From Leptospira sp. (lineage in GTDB: Bacteria; Spirochaetota; Leptospiria; Leptospirales; Leptospiraceae), in NCBI GenBank assembly GCA_034439575.1, contig JAWXAQ010000033.1, positions 160,001-224,000 on the forward strand: a stretch of 64,000 nucleotides of DNA. The letters are read 5' to 3'. The position numbers and the translations under genes were made by a program. How positions within the stretch are numbered: the stretch's first letter is position 1; every line of letters starts with the position of its first letter. This document shows, piece by piece, positions 30,072-40,467 of the stretch. The notes beneath the pieces were generated by a model. It was not told the DNA's origin, did no database searches, and saw nothing but the letters and a program-made list of their open reading frames with translations.

Positions 30072-31499
30072 TTAAAACTGAAAGTAGATAAAATCTTGTC
30101 CACCGTCGCCAAAAATTCCCATAAGTAGGAATATAACCACTGCCATGACTGGCAATAAATAGTTTTGGTAAGGCTTTAACTTTGTATAGGCGTAATCAGA
30201 GTATTGTAACCAGTTAAATACAAGTCCAAGTAACACGAGTAGAGGCAATTCATCGGCACGGTCAAGAGTATCACCCATATCTTTAAATGTGAGTATTCCT
30301 TTAAAGACATCCCATACAGTAGCCATGGCTTCGTCACCACGTGCCGCTGAACGAAAGAAAATGCCTGAAAATGAAAAGGTGATATAAACAAATAGAAAGC
30401 GAATCAAAGCTACACCAGGCAAAGTATCAGGTAGGATTTTCTTTTTGCCTCGAAATAGATAGAGCGAACGTTCTATCCATAAAAATGCACCTAGGTAGGC
30501 TCCCCAACAAACGAAAGCCCAATTGGCACCATGCCAAAGCCCACCAAGACACATGGTGATGAACATATTAATATTTGATCGAAACACAGTTCCTTGGCTT
30601 CCACCAAGTGGAATGTATAAATAATCCCTTAACCATGAAGAAAGTGTAATGTGCCAACGACTCCAAAGATCTCTATAACTTTGGGCAAGAAATGGTCCTT
30701 TGAAGTTTTCTGGTATTTCATAGCCGAGTAGATTTGCGGATCCTCGAGCAAGGTCAGTGTATCCAGAAAAATCACAATAGATTTGAGTACCAAATGCCAT
30801 GGTAGCAAAGAAGAGCGAAAAACTATCGTACTTTCCTGGATCCAAATAGATCGGAGAAATGATGGGCGCTATGTTTTCTGCAATTACAACCTTTTTGAAA
30901 AGCCCACCAATGATTAGAAATAAACCTTTTTTCATTCGGTCCGCATCAATTTCTGGATGGTCAATTTGCGGAATGAAATTATCAGATCGCATGATGGGTC
31001 CTGCAATCAATTGCGGAAAAAACAAAATGAAGAGAAAGTAGTCAGCGAAAGAAACTTTTTCTTTGAGTATTCCGCGATCAATATCCACTTGCAGGGCGAT
31101 GATTTGAAACGTATAAAAGCTAATCGCAAGAGGAAGAAAGATATTCAAGGATGAAGCAAATGACTTAACTTCCTGCCAACCAAACAATGAATAGAGTGTG
31201 CCAGTCACAAAATAAAAATATTTAAAGAAAGCCAGGTTGATGAGGTTTAAGACTACAACGAAGACAACCAATGACTTGTTTGATTTTCCTTCCGCCTTTC
31301 TTTTGAATATTAGATTACTGAATAAATAGTTAATTAATATAACAGCAAGAAAGTGAAATAGAAATGGAAAACTAAAATAGGCATAAAATATTAAAGAGGA
31401 AAGTATCAAAAGGGGCTTTCGTCCCTTTTGTGAAATATTCCAATAGATAATATATGTAAAAAAGAATAATATTAAATAGGGGATTGAGTTAAATAACAT
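30072..31499 (-). CDS. MBOAT family O-acyltransferase (second paralogue)
   Basis: MLFNS, LPLAISFYTFQ, FFPQLIAGPI, DFSGYTDLA, WHITLSSW, GLWHGA, FIYFQF. Confidence 0.93.
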   Translation of the reverse strand: MLFNSIPYLILFFFTYIIYWNISQKGRKPLLILSSLIFYAYFSFPFLFHFLAVILINYLFSNLIFKRKAEGKSNKSLVVFVVVLNLINLAFFKYFYFVTGTLYSLFGWQEVKSFASSLNIFLPLAISFYTFQIIALQVDIDRGILKEKVSFADYFLFILFFPQLIAGPIMRSDNFIPQIDHPEIDADRMKKGLFLIIGGLFKKVVIAENIAPIISPIYLDPGKYDSFSLFFATMAFGTQIYCDFSGYTDLARGSANLLGYEIPENFKGPFLAQSYRDLWSRWHITLSSWLRDYLYIPLGGSQGTVFRSNINMFITMCLGGLWHGANWAFVCWGAYLGAFLWIERSLYLFRGKKKILPDTLPGVALIRFLFVYITFSFSGIFFRSAARGDEAMATVWDVFKGILTFKDMGDTLDRADELPLLVLLGLVFNWLQYSDYAYTKLKPYQNYLLPVMAVVIFLLMGIFGDGGQDFIYFQF

Positions 31500-31505
31500 G
31501 AATAC

Positions 31506-32501
31506 CTACAGATCCCAAAGATAATAAAACCGTGCATTTGATTTTGAATTAAAAAACTTTTCGAAGTTTCCAAGTAGGGTAGGTGAATCAGTACCTTTGT
31601 TCGCTAAGTAAATATTTTCAACTCGGGCACTTCCTCTTTCAAAAATCACAAGGCGAGGATTTCCATTACGATTTCCTAAATATTTTGGATGAGCCATAAG
31701 TAACATTTGAATGTCATCAAAATATCCAATAAAGTCTACGAGACCTTCTTTTTTTGCTTGATCTGCTGTGAAAATTCTTCCGTCACATAACTCACGTAAT
31801 TTGCTTTCTGTTACGTTGGGTCTGCCACGTTTTACTACTTGAAAAAATCTTTCAAAAAGATTATCAACAATGGATTGGAGGATTTTTTTCTGTTCCATTG
31901 ATTGTTCAGAAAAAGGAGATCCGATGGCTTTATTGGTACCTGAAGTGACTGATTGGTCTTTGACACCAAGTTTATCCATACCTTCTTTAAAATTAAATCC
32001 TTGCAGTATGACACCTACAGATCCTGTAACGGTTGTTGGGTGAGCGCCAATGGCATCAGTACTCATTGCGATATAGTAGGCTCCACTTGCGGCGGTATCC
32101 ATAAAAACAGAATAGATCGGAATGTTTTTCTTTGCTTTGAATCTTAAAATTTCTTGGTAGATGATATCACTGGCAGTCACAGTTCCACCTGGTGAATTTA
32201 TTTTTAAAAGTATGCCTTTGATTTCATTGTCTTTCTCTGCGTATTTGAGAGTTTCTTTGATCCTTGCTACTTGTGATTCTGAACTTGCCCCAAATAAGTT
32301 ACCTTCTTTCGATTCGTCCGAAATAACGCCTTCGATGGGGATCACTAATATTTTATCTTTGTCTTTTCCTGATATGACCTTTTCTTCAAAATTGGGCTTT
32401 GTGCCACCGAGGGAGGGAAAACTTGCGAAAATGCACTGTTCCAAAAAACAGACGGCAAAAACGAGTATAAAGGGTTTTAAAAAATGCTTCCGTAAAGACA
32501 T
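31506..32501 (-). CDS. sppA: Signal peptide peptidase SppA (36K type)
   Basis: INSPGG, AASGAYYIA, TGSVGV, DGRIFTA. Confidence 0.92.
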   Translation of the reverse strand: MSLRKHFLKPFILVFAVCFLEQCIFASFPSLGGTKPNFEEKVISGKDKDKILVIPIEGVISDESKEGNLFGASSESQVARIKETLKYAEKDNEIKGILLKINSPGGTVTASDIIYQEILRFKAKKNIPIYSVFMDTAASGAYYIAMSTDAIGAHPTTVTGSVGVILQGFNFKEGMDKLGVKDQSVTSGTNKAIGSPFSEQSMEQKKILQSIVDNLFERFFQVVKRGRPNVTESKLRELCDGRIFTADQAKKEGLVDFIGYFDDIQMLLMAHPKYLGNRNGNPRLVIFERGSARVENIYLANKGTDSPTLLGNFEKFFNSKSNARFYYLWDL

Positions 32502-32525
32502 AGAACCTTTTTATGATCGGAAAGA

Positions 32526-33458
32526 TTGGGTTCAATCATTTTTGGGGGAAAGTCTTTGTATCATTTAAAAACTAAAGCGGCCTCTTTTACAATACAACCT
32601 ACAAATGGTGGCCAGTGGCTTGCCTTAAAGTTGGGATCCCCACTGGATGGAAAGGAAATGTCCATTGTGGCAGGTCACAAACCGGCAGATCCTTTTTTTG
32701 CTTCAGGTTCATTTTTGATGTTTCCCTGGGTAAACCGCCTGGACCCAAATCCTTGGGCTAGGGAACCATTTTATCCGAGCAAACACTGGTTAACTGATGG
32801 CAATGGTATCTCTTTACACGGGCTTTATCATAATCTCCCGAGAGTATTGAAAGAAGAATCCATTTCGCAAAGTGATAGTTTTGTTAGTTTTTCCTTCCTT
32901 TTACCTCCCGAATGGAAAGACACAGTGATTGGCAAAATGTTAGTCACTGAATCCTTTTATCTGACAGATCATGAATTGAAAGTTTGTTATGAAGTAAAGA
33001 ACACATCAGACTCTGAGTTTTTGTTCGCACTGGGTATACATCCTTACTTTTGTTTGGGGGGAGAAAATACGATTGATGATCTATATTTATTTGGGTCTGG
33101 GTTTTCGGAAGTAAAGTTAGGTGATTTTCTATTGCCAGAAAAGATTGAAAAAGAGTCGGTTCGTTTTGCCTCCGAAATAAAACTAGAAGGCCTTAATCTC
33201 GACAATCTTTATAAGTCAAACGTGGAAGATGTCTCCAAATCCTATTTTGGTTTTTTTTCCATGAACCGAAGGGAAAGGGTGATCGTAGGTGGTGGATCGT
33301 TTTATCAAGTGTACACTCCATTAGATAGAAAATCCATAGCGATAGAACCAATGACGGCGACAGGAAATTTTTTACAATTTGAGCGCGAGTACGCATTGCA
33401 CTTGGGTCCAGGAGAGACAAAAAAAGTGGAATTTTTTATCAGAATAGAAACTTTTTAG
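32526..33458 (+). CDS. Aldose 1-epimerase family protein
   Basis: LMFPWVNRL, LHGL, GIHPYF, LDN, QVYTP, IAIEPMT. Confidence 0.82.
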   Translation: MGSIIFGGKSLYHLKTKAASFTIQPTNGGQWLALKLGSPLDGKEMSIVAGHKPADPFFASGSFLMFPWVNRLDPNPWAREPFYPSKHWLTDGNGISLHGLYHNLPRVLKEESISQSDSFVSFSFLLPPEWKDTVIGKMLVTESFYLTDHELKVCYEVKNTSDSEFLFALGIHPYFCLGGENTIDDLYLFGSGFSEVKLGDFLLPEKIEKESVRFASEIKLEGLNLDNLYKSNVEDVSKSYFGFFSMNRRERVIVGGGSFYQVYTPLDRKSIAIEPMTATGNFLQFEREYALHLGPGETKKVEFFIRIETF

Positions 33459-33498
33459 AATAATTCTAGCGCGTCATTCGTCTAAAAAACGAGGTTCG

Positions 33499-33720
33499 AT
33501 GATCACTATGACTGAAATGATTCTGCAATCCTGTAAACAAGTTAGTAAAAATCTTTTAGAAATCAAGTATTTCGCTGAGAAAAAGAATACAAGTCGAACA
33601 TCCGTTTATAGAGCATTAAGCGACAAAAAACTAAACGAAGTTAAAATTGGAAAGAATTCACGTTTTATAATATTAGATGATAATGCTAAGAGATGGAAAC
33701 CTGGCCGTCAGACTTCATAA
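33499..33720 (+). CDS. Small basic HTH protein (excisionase/AlpA-like)
   Basis: IKYFAEKKNTSRTSVYRAL...KL...KIG..RF pattern; GAGG RBS. Confidence 0.55.
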   Translation: MITMTEMILQSCKQVSKNLLEIKYFAEKKNTSRTSVYRALSDKKLNEVKIGKNSRFIILDDNAKRWKPGRQTS

Positions 33721-34603
33721 GTTGATTCGCCAAATCCGTTTCTATTTCGGATAAATAATTTAAATTCAAATATTCCTTTTGAATTAGGTTATGCGTCGAC
33801 TTAGAAGGGTATGAGAATATTTCTTTTGGTATAAGTGCAATGAGTTCTTTGTCGGCTATGCCTTGCAGACCCCAAAAATTTAATAAAAAATTATCTGATG
33901 GAGTTTGTAAGGAATGTCCCATAAACACATACTTACTTTTTCCAAAACTAACATCGGAATATCTATCTTTTGCACGAATGAAAAGTTCAGCGACAATAGG
34001 AAATGGTTCAAAAAAAGTTTTGGTTTTGAATTTGTATTCTATTTTTTGTAATCGATAAATTCTAAAAAAACAATCTACCTTCCCATTAAAATCCAAAATT
34101 TGATTAGTGTTATAAAATTTTATATAATCAGAGTTAAGTGGCGATTGTAATTGTAAATACCTTAGATGACTTAAATGTAAACTTTTTGGTTTTTTTAGAA
34201 TTTTGCTAGCTTTAACTTTTAAGGACACTTTTTTTGTCGGTCTAGGTATTTTGTTTTCCAATAGTTCACTTAGCAAGGCTTGGATTTGGATTCTTTTTTC
34301 TGCCCGAAGTTTACCAGGAAAAAAGAGGTAATTGTACCTATCCCATCCTGCGAATTCAAATTGAACAACTAATTTGAGTTCCGAGTGCAAAATGGCTAGA
34401 GCCTTTGTTTCCCAATTGGATCCGTAAAAGTCCTTTAGGTGTTTCTGGAAAAGGTCACTCAAATTTTCTGTCAGCTTTTGTTTCAAAATACTTTCTTGGA
34501 CCTGGATGTGAGAGAAAAATAGATAAACATCCGTTTTGTGGTCTTTCTTTCTTTTTTTAAGTCCACGGAATATTTTTAATAATATAAAATATAATTTCAT
34601 CAT
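33686..34603 (-). CDS. Hypothetical basic protein
   Basis: 305-aa ORF, Lys/Phe-rich, no recognised motif. Confidence 0.55.
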   Translation of the reverse strand: MMKLYFILLKIFRGLKKRKKDHKTDVYLFFSHIQVQESILKQKLTENLSDLFQKHLKDFYGSNWETKALAILHSELKLVVQFEFAGWDRYNYLFFPGKLRAEKRIQIQALLSELLENKIPRPTKKVSLKVKASKILKKPKSLHLSHLRYLQLQSPLNSDYIKFYNTNQILDFNGKVDCFFRIYRLQKIEYKFKTKTFFEPFPIVAELFIRAKDRYSDVSFGKSKYVFMGHSLQTPSDNFLLNFWGLQGIADKELIALIPKEIFSYPSKSTHNLIQKEYLNLNYLSEIETDLANQLMKSDGQVSIS

Positions 34604-34638
34604 ATGAAGACTGTCGATTGGTCGATCTATAGAACAGA

Positions 34639-35409
34639 ATGACAGACTTAGCCTTTGAAAACAAAGATTTTTTATGGGGAAATGATGCCGGCCCCATACG
34701 TATCCTCTCCGAATACCTCCACCCGAAAGCGGAATTTACAAAAAAGGGAATCACTGATACAGTTGTAGTCTTTGGTTCTGCACGAATTCCAAGCAAAGAA
34801 GCATTGGCAAGTGACCCAAATCATCATAAAGAACTCGGCAATTTATTGCACTACTACCAAGACGCTGTCGAATTTTCCAAATTGATGACAGAGTGGGGCA
34901 AGTCTTTCCATACGGAATTTGCCGGACGTAGCCTTCATATTTGCACAGGCGGAGGACCAGGCATTATGGAAGCTGGAAACCGAGGGGCCAAGGAAGCGGA
35001 CGGAAAGTCCATTGCACTCAACATTGCCCTCCCACATGAACAAAATCCCAATCCTTTCGCAAGTCCCGATTTGAGTTTTGAATTCCATTACTTTTTTACA
35101 CGCAAACTTTGGTTTATGAAATATTGCCGGGGGATGATTGCCTTTCCAGGTGGATTTGGTACTTTTGATGAATTATTCGAAACACTCACATTGGTGCAAA
35201 CAGGTAAAAAATCCAAGATTCCCATCTTACTTTATGGCTCTGCGTTTTGGAAAAAAATTTTCAACTTCCAAGCCTTGGCTGATTTTGGACTGATTTCTCC
35301 CCAAGACCTTCACTTATTTGCTTTTGCAGATACGCCTGCCGAAGCATTTGCTTACTTCCAGGAAAAGATTCGTTTGGAATTGACCAAGAAATTAGGTACA
35401 AAAACATAG
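34639..35409 (+). CDS. LOG family (TIGR00730-like) nucleotide phosphoribohydrolase
   Basis: [27 protein letters not shown]. Confidence 0.88.
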   Translation: MTDLAFENKDFLWGNDAGPIRILSEYLHPKAEFTKKGITDTVVVFGSARIPSKEALASDPNHHKELGNLLHYYQDAVEFSKLMTEWGKSFHTEFAGRSLHICTGGGPGIMEAGNRGAKEADGKSIALNIALPHEQNPNPFASPDLSFEFHYFFTRKLWFMKYCRGMIAFPGGFGTFDELFETLTLVQTGKKSKIPILLYGSAFWKKIFNFQALADFGLISPQDLHLFAFADTPAEAFAYFQEKIRLELTKKLGTKT

Positions 35410-35428
35410 CGGAAATAAGGGAAATCAT

Positions 35429-35719
35429 ATGGCAAGAACATGCGTAGTAACAGGAAAAGGAACGACAGCGGGAAATAACGTTGCTCACTCCCACAAAAAG
35501 AATCGTAGGATTTGGAAAGTGAATGTGGTTACTAAAAAAATATTCTTAGAAGATGAAAACAGATGGGTTCGTGTGAAAATTTCAACGCGAGCACTCAGAA
35601 CTCTTCGTAAAAAAGGATTAAAAGTGGCCATTAAAGATCACGGCGGAGATATCGGCGCGATCGCTCCTAAAAAATACATTGGTGTCACACCTACAAAAGC
35701 GAAAGTCGCAGTCGCTTAA
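35429..35719 (+). CDS. rpmB: 50S ribosomal protein L28
   Basis: [10 protein letters not shown]...GNNVAHSH...RR.WK.N, STRALRT. Confidence 0.95.
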   Translation: MARTCVVTGKGTTAGNNVAHSHKKNRRIWKVNVVTKKIFLEDENRWVRVKISTRALRTLRKKGLKVAIKDHGGDIGAIAPKKYIGVTPTKAKVAVA

Positions 35720-35740
35720 ACTTTTCTTCTCTCGGGCGAC

Positions 35741-36394
35741 ATGAAAAAGTCCGAGAAAAAACCTTCCCCCGAATTTGCAAAAACCATATACGATAAGTTA
35801 TATGAAGAATTCGGGGAAGTAGAAACCCCTCTCCATTTCAAAGCTCCTCACGAACTGGCCATTGCAGTCATACTTTCTGCGCAATGCACGGATGAACGAG
35901 TCAATTTAGTGACTCCAGCCTTATTTGAAACCTTCCCCACTTTAGAATCATTCGCCAAAGCAAAGTTATCTCAGATAGAAAAACTAATATTCTCAACTGG
36001 ATTTTATCGTAATAAAGCAAAAAACATCCAAGGATTTGCGAAGATGTTGATTGAGAATTATAGCGGCATCATTCCAAATCAATTGGAAGAGGCGATTAAG
36101 TTACCAGGTTTTGGTAGAAAAACCGCCAATGTGGTGTTAAATGAAATCTATGGAGTGAACGAAGGTTTTGTGGTAGACACTCATGTCAAAAGACTGACAA
36201 AAAGACTCGGACTCACAAAACATTCCGATCCGATTAAAATTGAAAAAGATATTATGGTTTTGCTTGCACCGCATTTATATCGAAACTTTTCTCTGTACCT
36301 AATATTTCTCGGTCGAAAGAATTGCCAAGCCCGCCGTACGGATTGCCCAAATTGTAAACTTGCGGAGATTTGTCCTTCGTACTCTGAGAATTAG
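35741..36394 (+). CDS. nth: Endonuclease III
   Basis: LSAQCTD, LPGFGRKTANVVL, VDTHV, C-X6-C-X2-C-X5-C cluster motif. Confidence 0.95.
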   Translation: MKKSEKKPSPEFAKTIYDKLYEEFGEVETPLHFKAPHELAIAVILSAQCTDERVNLVTPALFETFPTLESFAKAKLSQIEKLIFSTGFYRNKAKNIQGFAKMLIENYSGIIPNQLEEAIKLPGFGRKTANVVLNEIYGVNEGFVVDTHVKRLTKRLGLTKHSDPIKIEKDIMVLLAPHLYRNFSLYLIFLGRKNCQARRTDCPNCKLAEICPSYSEN

Positions 36395-37091
36395 CTGGCA
36401 ATACTTCTTCTTCTACGCTTGGATGTTTTCTTTTCCAAGAACGATTTCTATCTTGGAGATTGATAGAGAGAACATCATGGTGCATTCGAATCAAATTTCT
36501 TTTCCTAAAATAAAGATCCAATACTCCCAATTTTCCAAAATCTGTAGGGCAATGAATTTGATGCACATTTCCAATATAAACAAAACTAGCTTCCTTACCA
36601 GGTTCTGCCAAAAGAAAGATAGGTAAATTTGATGCATCGGGGAAAGTTTGTGGTATGGAGGGATTTAATTTTTCTTCATGAGTTTTCACAAAATAAACCA
36701 AGGCATCTAGATCATTTGGATCGAAATCTTCTTTTGTTTTATCATTTAAAAAGCCTAATCCGAGTTTGACGAGACCAATTTCCAAAACATTCCCTTTGTC
36801 AGATTGATAACCATCATAGGGAAACGTTTTTAAGTTTTTATCATCTGATTTAAGAAAGGGAAATAAAAGGTAGGCTCTTCCGTCTTTTTTTTCATGGTTT
36901 TGTTTTTCTGATTCCACCCATGAAAGGAGGGCACCCATTCCCCCTCTACCTTCCGCATTCATTTTGGTAATAGCATTTTTGCCACAATGAAAGAAGAGCT
37001 TTATGGGGCGGTCTTCCAAACTCGGATGAGAATCTATGGAAATGGTAAAAATAATAATGCTAAATAATATGACGTGAATCTTCATTGGCAA
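36252..37091 (-). CDS. Exported hypothetical protein, possibly degenerate 5'-nucleotidase/metallophosphoesterase fold
   Basis: Signal peptide; GRGGMGAL..V..EK and GKLGVLDL segments; 3' end overlaps nth. Confidence 0.55.
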   Translation of the reverse strand: MPMKIHVILFSIIIFTISIDSHPSLEDRPIKLFFHCGKNAITKMNAEGRGGMGALLSWVESEKQNHEKKDGRAYLLFPFLKSDDKNLKTFPYDGYQSDKGNVLEIGLVKLGLGFLNDKTKEDFDPNDLDALVYFVKTHEEKLNPSIPQTFPDASNLPIFLLAEPGKEASFVYIGNVHQIHCPTDFGKLGVLDLYFRKRNLIRMHHDVLSINLQDRNRSWKRKHPSVEEEVLPANSQSTKDKSPQVYNLGNPYGGLGNSFDREILGTEKSFDINAVQAKP

Positions 37092-37181
37092 AGAACCTTA
37101 ATCCAAAGAACGGTAAATATTGGGGAATCATGAACCAAAAAATATGTAAGCTGTCTAACATTAGGATGGAAACCAAATAAA

Positions 37182-38093
37182 ATGAAACTCATCCGAAACC
37201 TTATTTTGTATGGAAAAATGATAAAATTCTCACATACCCTTTTTGCCTTACCATTTGCAGGCATTGCTTTTATACTGGCCTTCCTCGAATCCTCTTTGGA
37301 GATCAATGATATAGTCCGCATCGGGTTACTTTGTATCCTTTGTATGGTGAGTGCCAGAAGTGCCGCTATGGGTTTTAACCGTTATGTGGATGCAGAGATT
37401 GATGAAAAAAATCCTAGGACAGAAAAAAGAGAAATCCCTGCAGGAAAAATCTCAAAGATTTCATCTTTGCTTTTTATAGGCCTTTCTTCGTTTATTTTTA
37501 TTTTATCTAGTTTTTTCGTAAATAAATTAGCATTTTTATTATCTTTTCCTGCACTCTTTCTATTATTTTTATATTCACTTACGAAAAGGTTTACACTTTT
37601 TTGTCACCTAATTTTGGGTTTTGCGCTCGCCTTGGCTCCGCTTGGCGCCTGGATAGCAATAACCGAATCCATAAGTCTTGTTCCTGTATTATTTTCATTG
37701 GGTTTGCTATTCCATATAGCCGCATTTGATGTGTTATACGCAATTCAGGATATGGAGTTTGACAAAAAAAACGAATTACATTCCATTCCAGCTAAATTAG
37801 GTGAAAAAAAAGCCAGGACTATCGCCATATTGCTTCATCTTCTTTCTATATCGATATTCGTTGTGGCTGGAAAAAATTCAGAACTCGGTTATTCTTATTT
37901 TATAATGCTCGGAATCATTGCCCTACTTATTTTCTATGAGCACCAATTGTCTTGGAAACATGAAGCGAAAGAATTGCCTATAGAATTTTATCAAATCAAT
38001 TCTTATATCAGTGTGGTATTGTTACTCGCTATCCTTATTGATAAATGGGGAGATATTGTATTGAAGATTTCTTCTGGTTTATCGCTTAGATGA
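37182..38093 (+). CDS. UbiA-family prenyltransferase (MqnP-like)
   Basis: [23 protein letters not shown]...[28 protein letters not shown]. Confidence 0.9.
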   Translation: MKLIRNLILYGKMIKFSHTLFALPFAGIAFILAFLESSLEINDIVRIGLLCILCMVSARSAAMGFNRYVDAEIDEKNPRTEKREIPAGKISKISSLLFIGLSSFIFILSSFFVNKLAFLLSFPALFLLFLYSLTKRFTLFCHLILGFALALAPLGAWIAITESISLVPVLFSLGLLFHIAAFDVLYAIQDMEFDKKNELHSIPAKLGEKKARTIAILLHLLSISIFVVAGKNSELGYSYFIMLGIIALLIFYEHQLSWKHEAKELPIEFYQINSYISVVLLLAILIDKWGDIVLKISSGLSLR

Positions 38094-38686
38094 AATTAGT
38101 CGTAGGTTTAGCGGGTGCAAGCGGGTCAATTTATGCAGTTTCATTTTTACGAGCTCTCTCTCATCTGGAGGGGGAAAGTTATTTTATTGTCAGTCCACCA
38201 TCACTTAGGATTTTTTCAGAAGAATACGAAACAAAAGTATCGAAACCAGAAGAGATTTTAGAGTTTATTGCATCTCGTTACCATTTTGGTAACAGGCATA
38301 AGTTTCATATTCGTAATTTTCATGATATAGGAGCAGACATTGCGAGTGGATCAAATGTATGGGATGCCATGGTTGTGATTCCATGCAGTATGAAAACTAT
38401 CGCATCCATAAATGCGGGTCTAACCGAGAATCTGATTGAAAGAGCCGCTGACGTGAGTTTAAAAGAAAGACGTAAACTCATTGTTGTTCCAAGAGAAACT
38501 CCATATAACCGCATTCATCTGCGAAATTTACTTTCTTTGGATGAGGCAGGGGGCATTATACTTCCTGCTTCTCCAGGATTCTATCAAATGCCAAAAACAT
38601 TGGATGACCTGGGAGATTTTATCGCAGGACGAGTGTTTAATTTGTTAGGTGTGGATGTATCCCTTTTTCCTAAGTGGGAGGGGTGA
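38090..38686 (+). CDS. ubiX: Flavin prenyltransferase
   Basis: GASG..Y, IASGS, PCSM, RAADV.LKERR.L..VPRETP, PGFY. Confidence 0.95.
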   Translation: MKLVVGLAGASGSIYAVSFLRALSHLEGESYFIVSPPSLRIFSEEYETKVSKPEEILEFIASRYHFGNRHKFHIRNFHDIGADIASGSNVWDAMVVIPCSMKTIASINAGLTENLIERAADVSLKERRKLIVVPRETPYNRIHLRNLLSLDEAGGIILPASPGFYQMPKTLDDLGDFIAGRVFNLLGVDVSLFPKWEG

Positions 38687-39083
38687 ATTTCCGAAAGTGG
38701 GGGTAAGGTTTTCCATTTTCACCTAAACAAACATAGGTGATCTCACTTTCTATCACTTCGGAAATTTTTCTAGTTTGTGGATTGTTTGTCACAGCGAGGG
38801 TAATGCTCGTGACTGATGATTTACCATACTTTACGATCTTTCCATAAATTTGTATGATATCGCCAGCCCTTGCAGGAGAACGAAAGACTACATTGTCCAT
38901 AGAAATCGTGACTATGTTTGTGTATTGAATTTTTGTCATCACAAACATGGCCATACCCTCATCGATCCATGATAACATTTTGCCACCGAAAAGGTTGTTG
39001 TGATAGTTTAAGTCATCTGGTTGGACTAAGTGTTGTGTCACTAGTTCCATATCTTGCAATTTTAATAAGGTCGATTCTGACAT
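38670..39083 (-). CDS. Acyl-CoA thioesterase (hotdog, YciA-like)
   Basis: P.DLN...NLFGG..LSWID, G.SS, TYVCL...GKP. Confidence 0.88.
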   Translation of the reverse strand: MSESTLLKLQDMELVTQHLVQPDDLNYHNNLFGGKMLSWIDEGMAMFVMTKIQYTNIVTISMDNVVFRSPARAGDIIQIYGKIVKYGKSSVTSITLAVTNNPQTRKISEVIESEITYVCLGENGKPYPHFRKFTPPT

Positions 39084-39150
39084 TTTACCAATAAAATTTT
39101 GTTTTCGATTTCTTCGATACCAAAAACCCTTGATAAAAGATTTGAATCAA

Positions 39151-40095
39151 ATGTATTCATACTCCCACAGGAACATCCTCGACACCCTCCAATTTTCCAA
39201 AGAAGACTTAGATTTTTTAATTGAAAGATCCCAAGTGATGCAAGGCCTACATGAATCAGGGGAAGCCTTTGGAATTCTCAAAGGTAAATTACTCGCCTCC
39301 CTTTTTTTTGAAGCCTCCACAAGAACTAGACTTTCTTTTGAAACCGCAATGGAGAGGTTAGGTGGTAGACTCGTCTCAACTGTAGGATTCCAATTTTCTT
39401 CGATATCAAAAGGTGAAACTCTCTATGATACTATGAAAATGATCGAAGGTTATGTGGACATTGCCGTCATTCGTCACCCTGTGGAAGGGAGTTCCAGAAT
39501 TGCCGCTGGAGCTGTTTCGATTCCGGTCATCAATGCAGGGGATGGAGCAGGCCAACACCCGACTCAAGCCTTACTCGATCTTTATACGATCATGTCAGAA
39601 AAAGGGCGATTGGATAATTTGAGTATAGCCTTTATCGGAGATCTCAAGTATGGTCGGACGATACATTCGCTTATCAATTTGCTTCGACATTATAAAGTTC
39701 ATTTGTATTTGATTTCTCCTGAAGAACTTCGACTTCCTGATTCTTATAAAAAACACCTAAATGGTTTTCCTATGACATGGGAAGAAACAACAGATATAAA
39801 AGCTGTGTGGGATTCTGATGTTGCTTATGTGACTCGCATCCAAGAAGAACGATTTGCAGATCATAGAGAATACGAAAAATTAAAAGATATTTATAAAGTG
39901 AATAAAGAACTTGTTCTTGCTTCCAAAAAACAAACGACCATATTGCATCCGTTACCTCGCGTAAATGAACTTTCGACAGACGTAGATGATCTGCCAAATG
40001 CCGCATACTTCAGGCAGGCAAAATATGGAGTCGTAGTTCGTATGGCATTATTATGTTTGAGTCTTGGTGTTAAATTTGGTGAGAAACACTATTAG
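39151..40095 (+). CDS. pyrB: Aspartate carbamoyltransferase catalytic subunit
   Basis: [39 protein letters not shown]; start 39151 or 39130. Confidence 0.97.
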   Translation: MYSYSHRNILDTLQFSKEDLDFLIERSQVMQGLHESGEAFGILKGKLLASLFFEASTRTRLSFETAMERLGGRLVSTVGFQFSSISKGETLYDTMKMIEGYVDIAVIRHPVEGSSRIAAGAVSIPVINAGDGAGQHPTQALLDLYTIMSEKGRLDNLSIAFIGDLKYGRTIHSLINLLRHYKVHLYLISPEELRLPDSYKKHLNGFPMTWEETTDIKAVWDSDVAYVTRIQEERFADHREYEKLKDIYKVNKELVLASKKQTTILHPLPRVNELSTDVDDLPNAAYFRQAKYGVVVRMALLCLSLGVKFGEKHY

Positions 40096-40467
40096 ATGAC
40101 AAAAAAAATTTGGTCATTACTTGAGGCACGTGAAATGCTTCCGCTTGTAAAAGACATTACTAGCGAATATTATTTGAAGTCTAGTAACCTAGCAAGTGAA
40201 CTACGCACAAAAGTTTTCCCAGAAAACGTATTGGAAGAAAAAGAAGATAAGATATCAGAACTCGTTCAAACTTGGTCCAATGAAATATTGGCACTCGGAA
40301 TGGATGTCAAAGGCCTTTGGCTTGTAGATTTTGATCATGGAAATGGATATTATTGTTGGACTTGGGGCGAAGAAGATGTGTTATACGAACATGGGTATAA
40401 TGATGGCTTTCGTTCTAGAAAATTAATCGAAGAACCAAAAGAGGAATCAGATGACGGGAATCAATGA
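40096..40467 (+). CDS. DUF2203-like protein
   Basis: EA...LP.V, G..VKG..LVDF, Y.CW..GE......H....GF..RK. Confidence 0.75.
   Translation: MTKKIWSLLEAREMLPLVKDITSEYYLKSSNLASELRTKVFPENVLEEKEDKISELVQTWSNEILALGMDVKGLWLVDFDHGNGYYCWTWGEEDVLYEHGYNDGFRSRKLIEEPKEESDDGNQ

Noticed and set aside
35764-35819. Inverted repeat CCCCGAATT/AATTCGGGG in nth
   Set aside because: Short, within coding sequence, long spacer; no evidence of function
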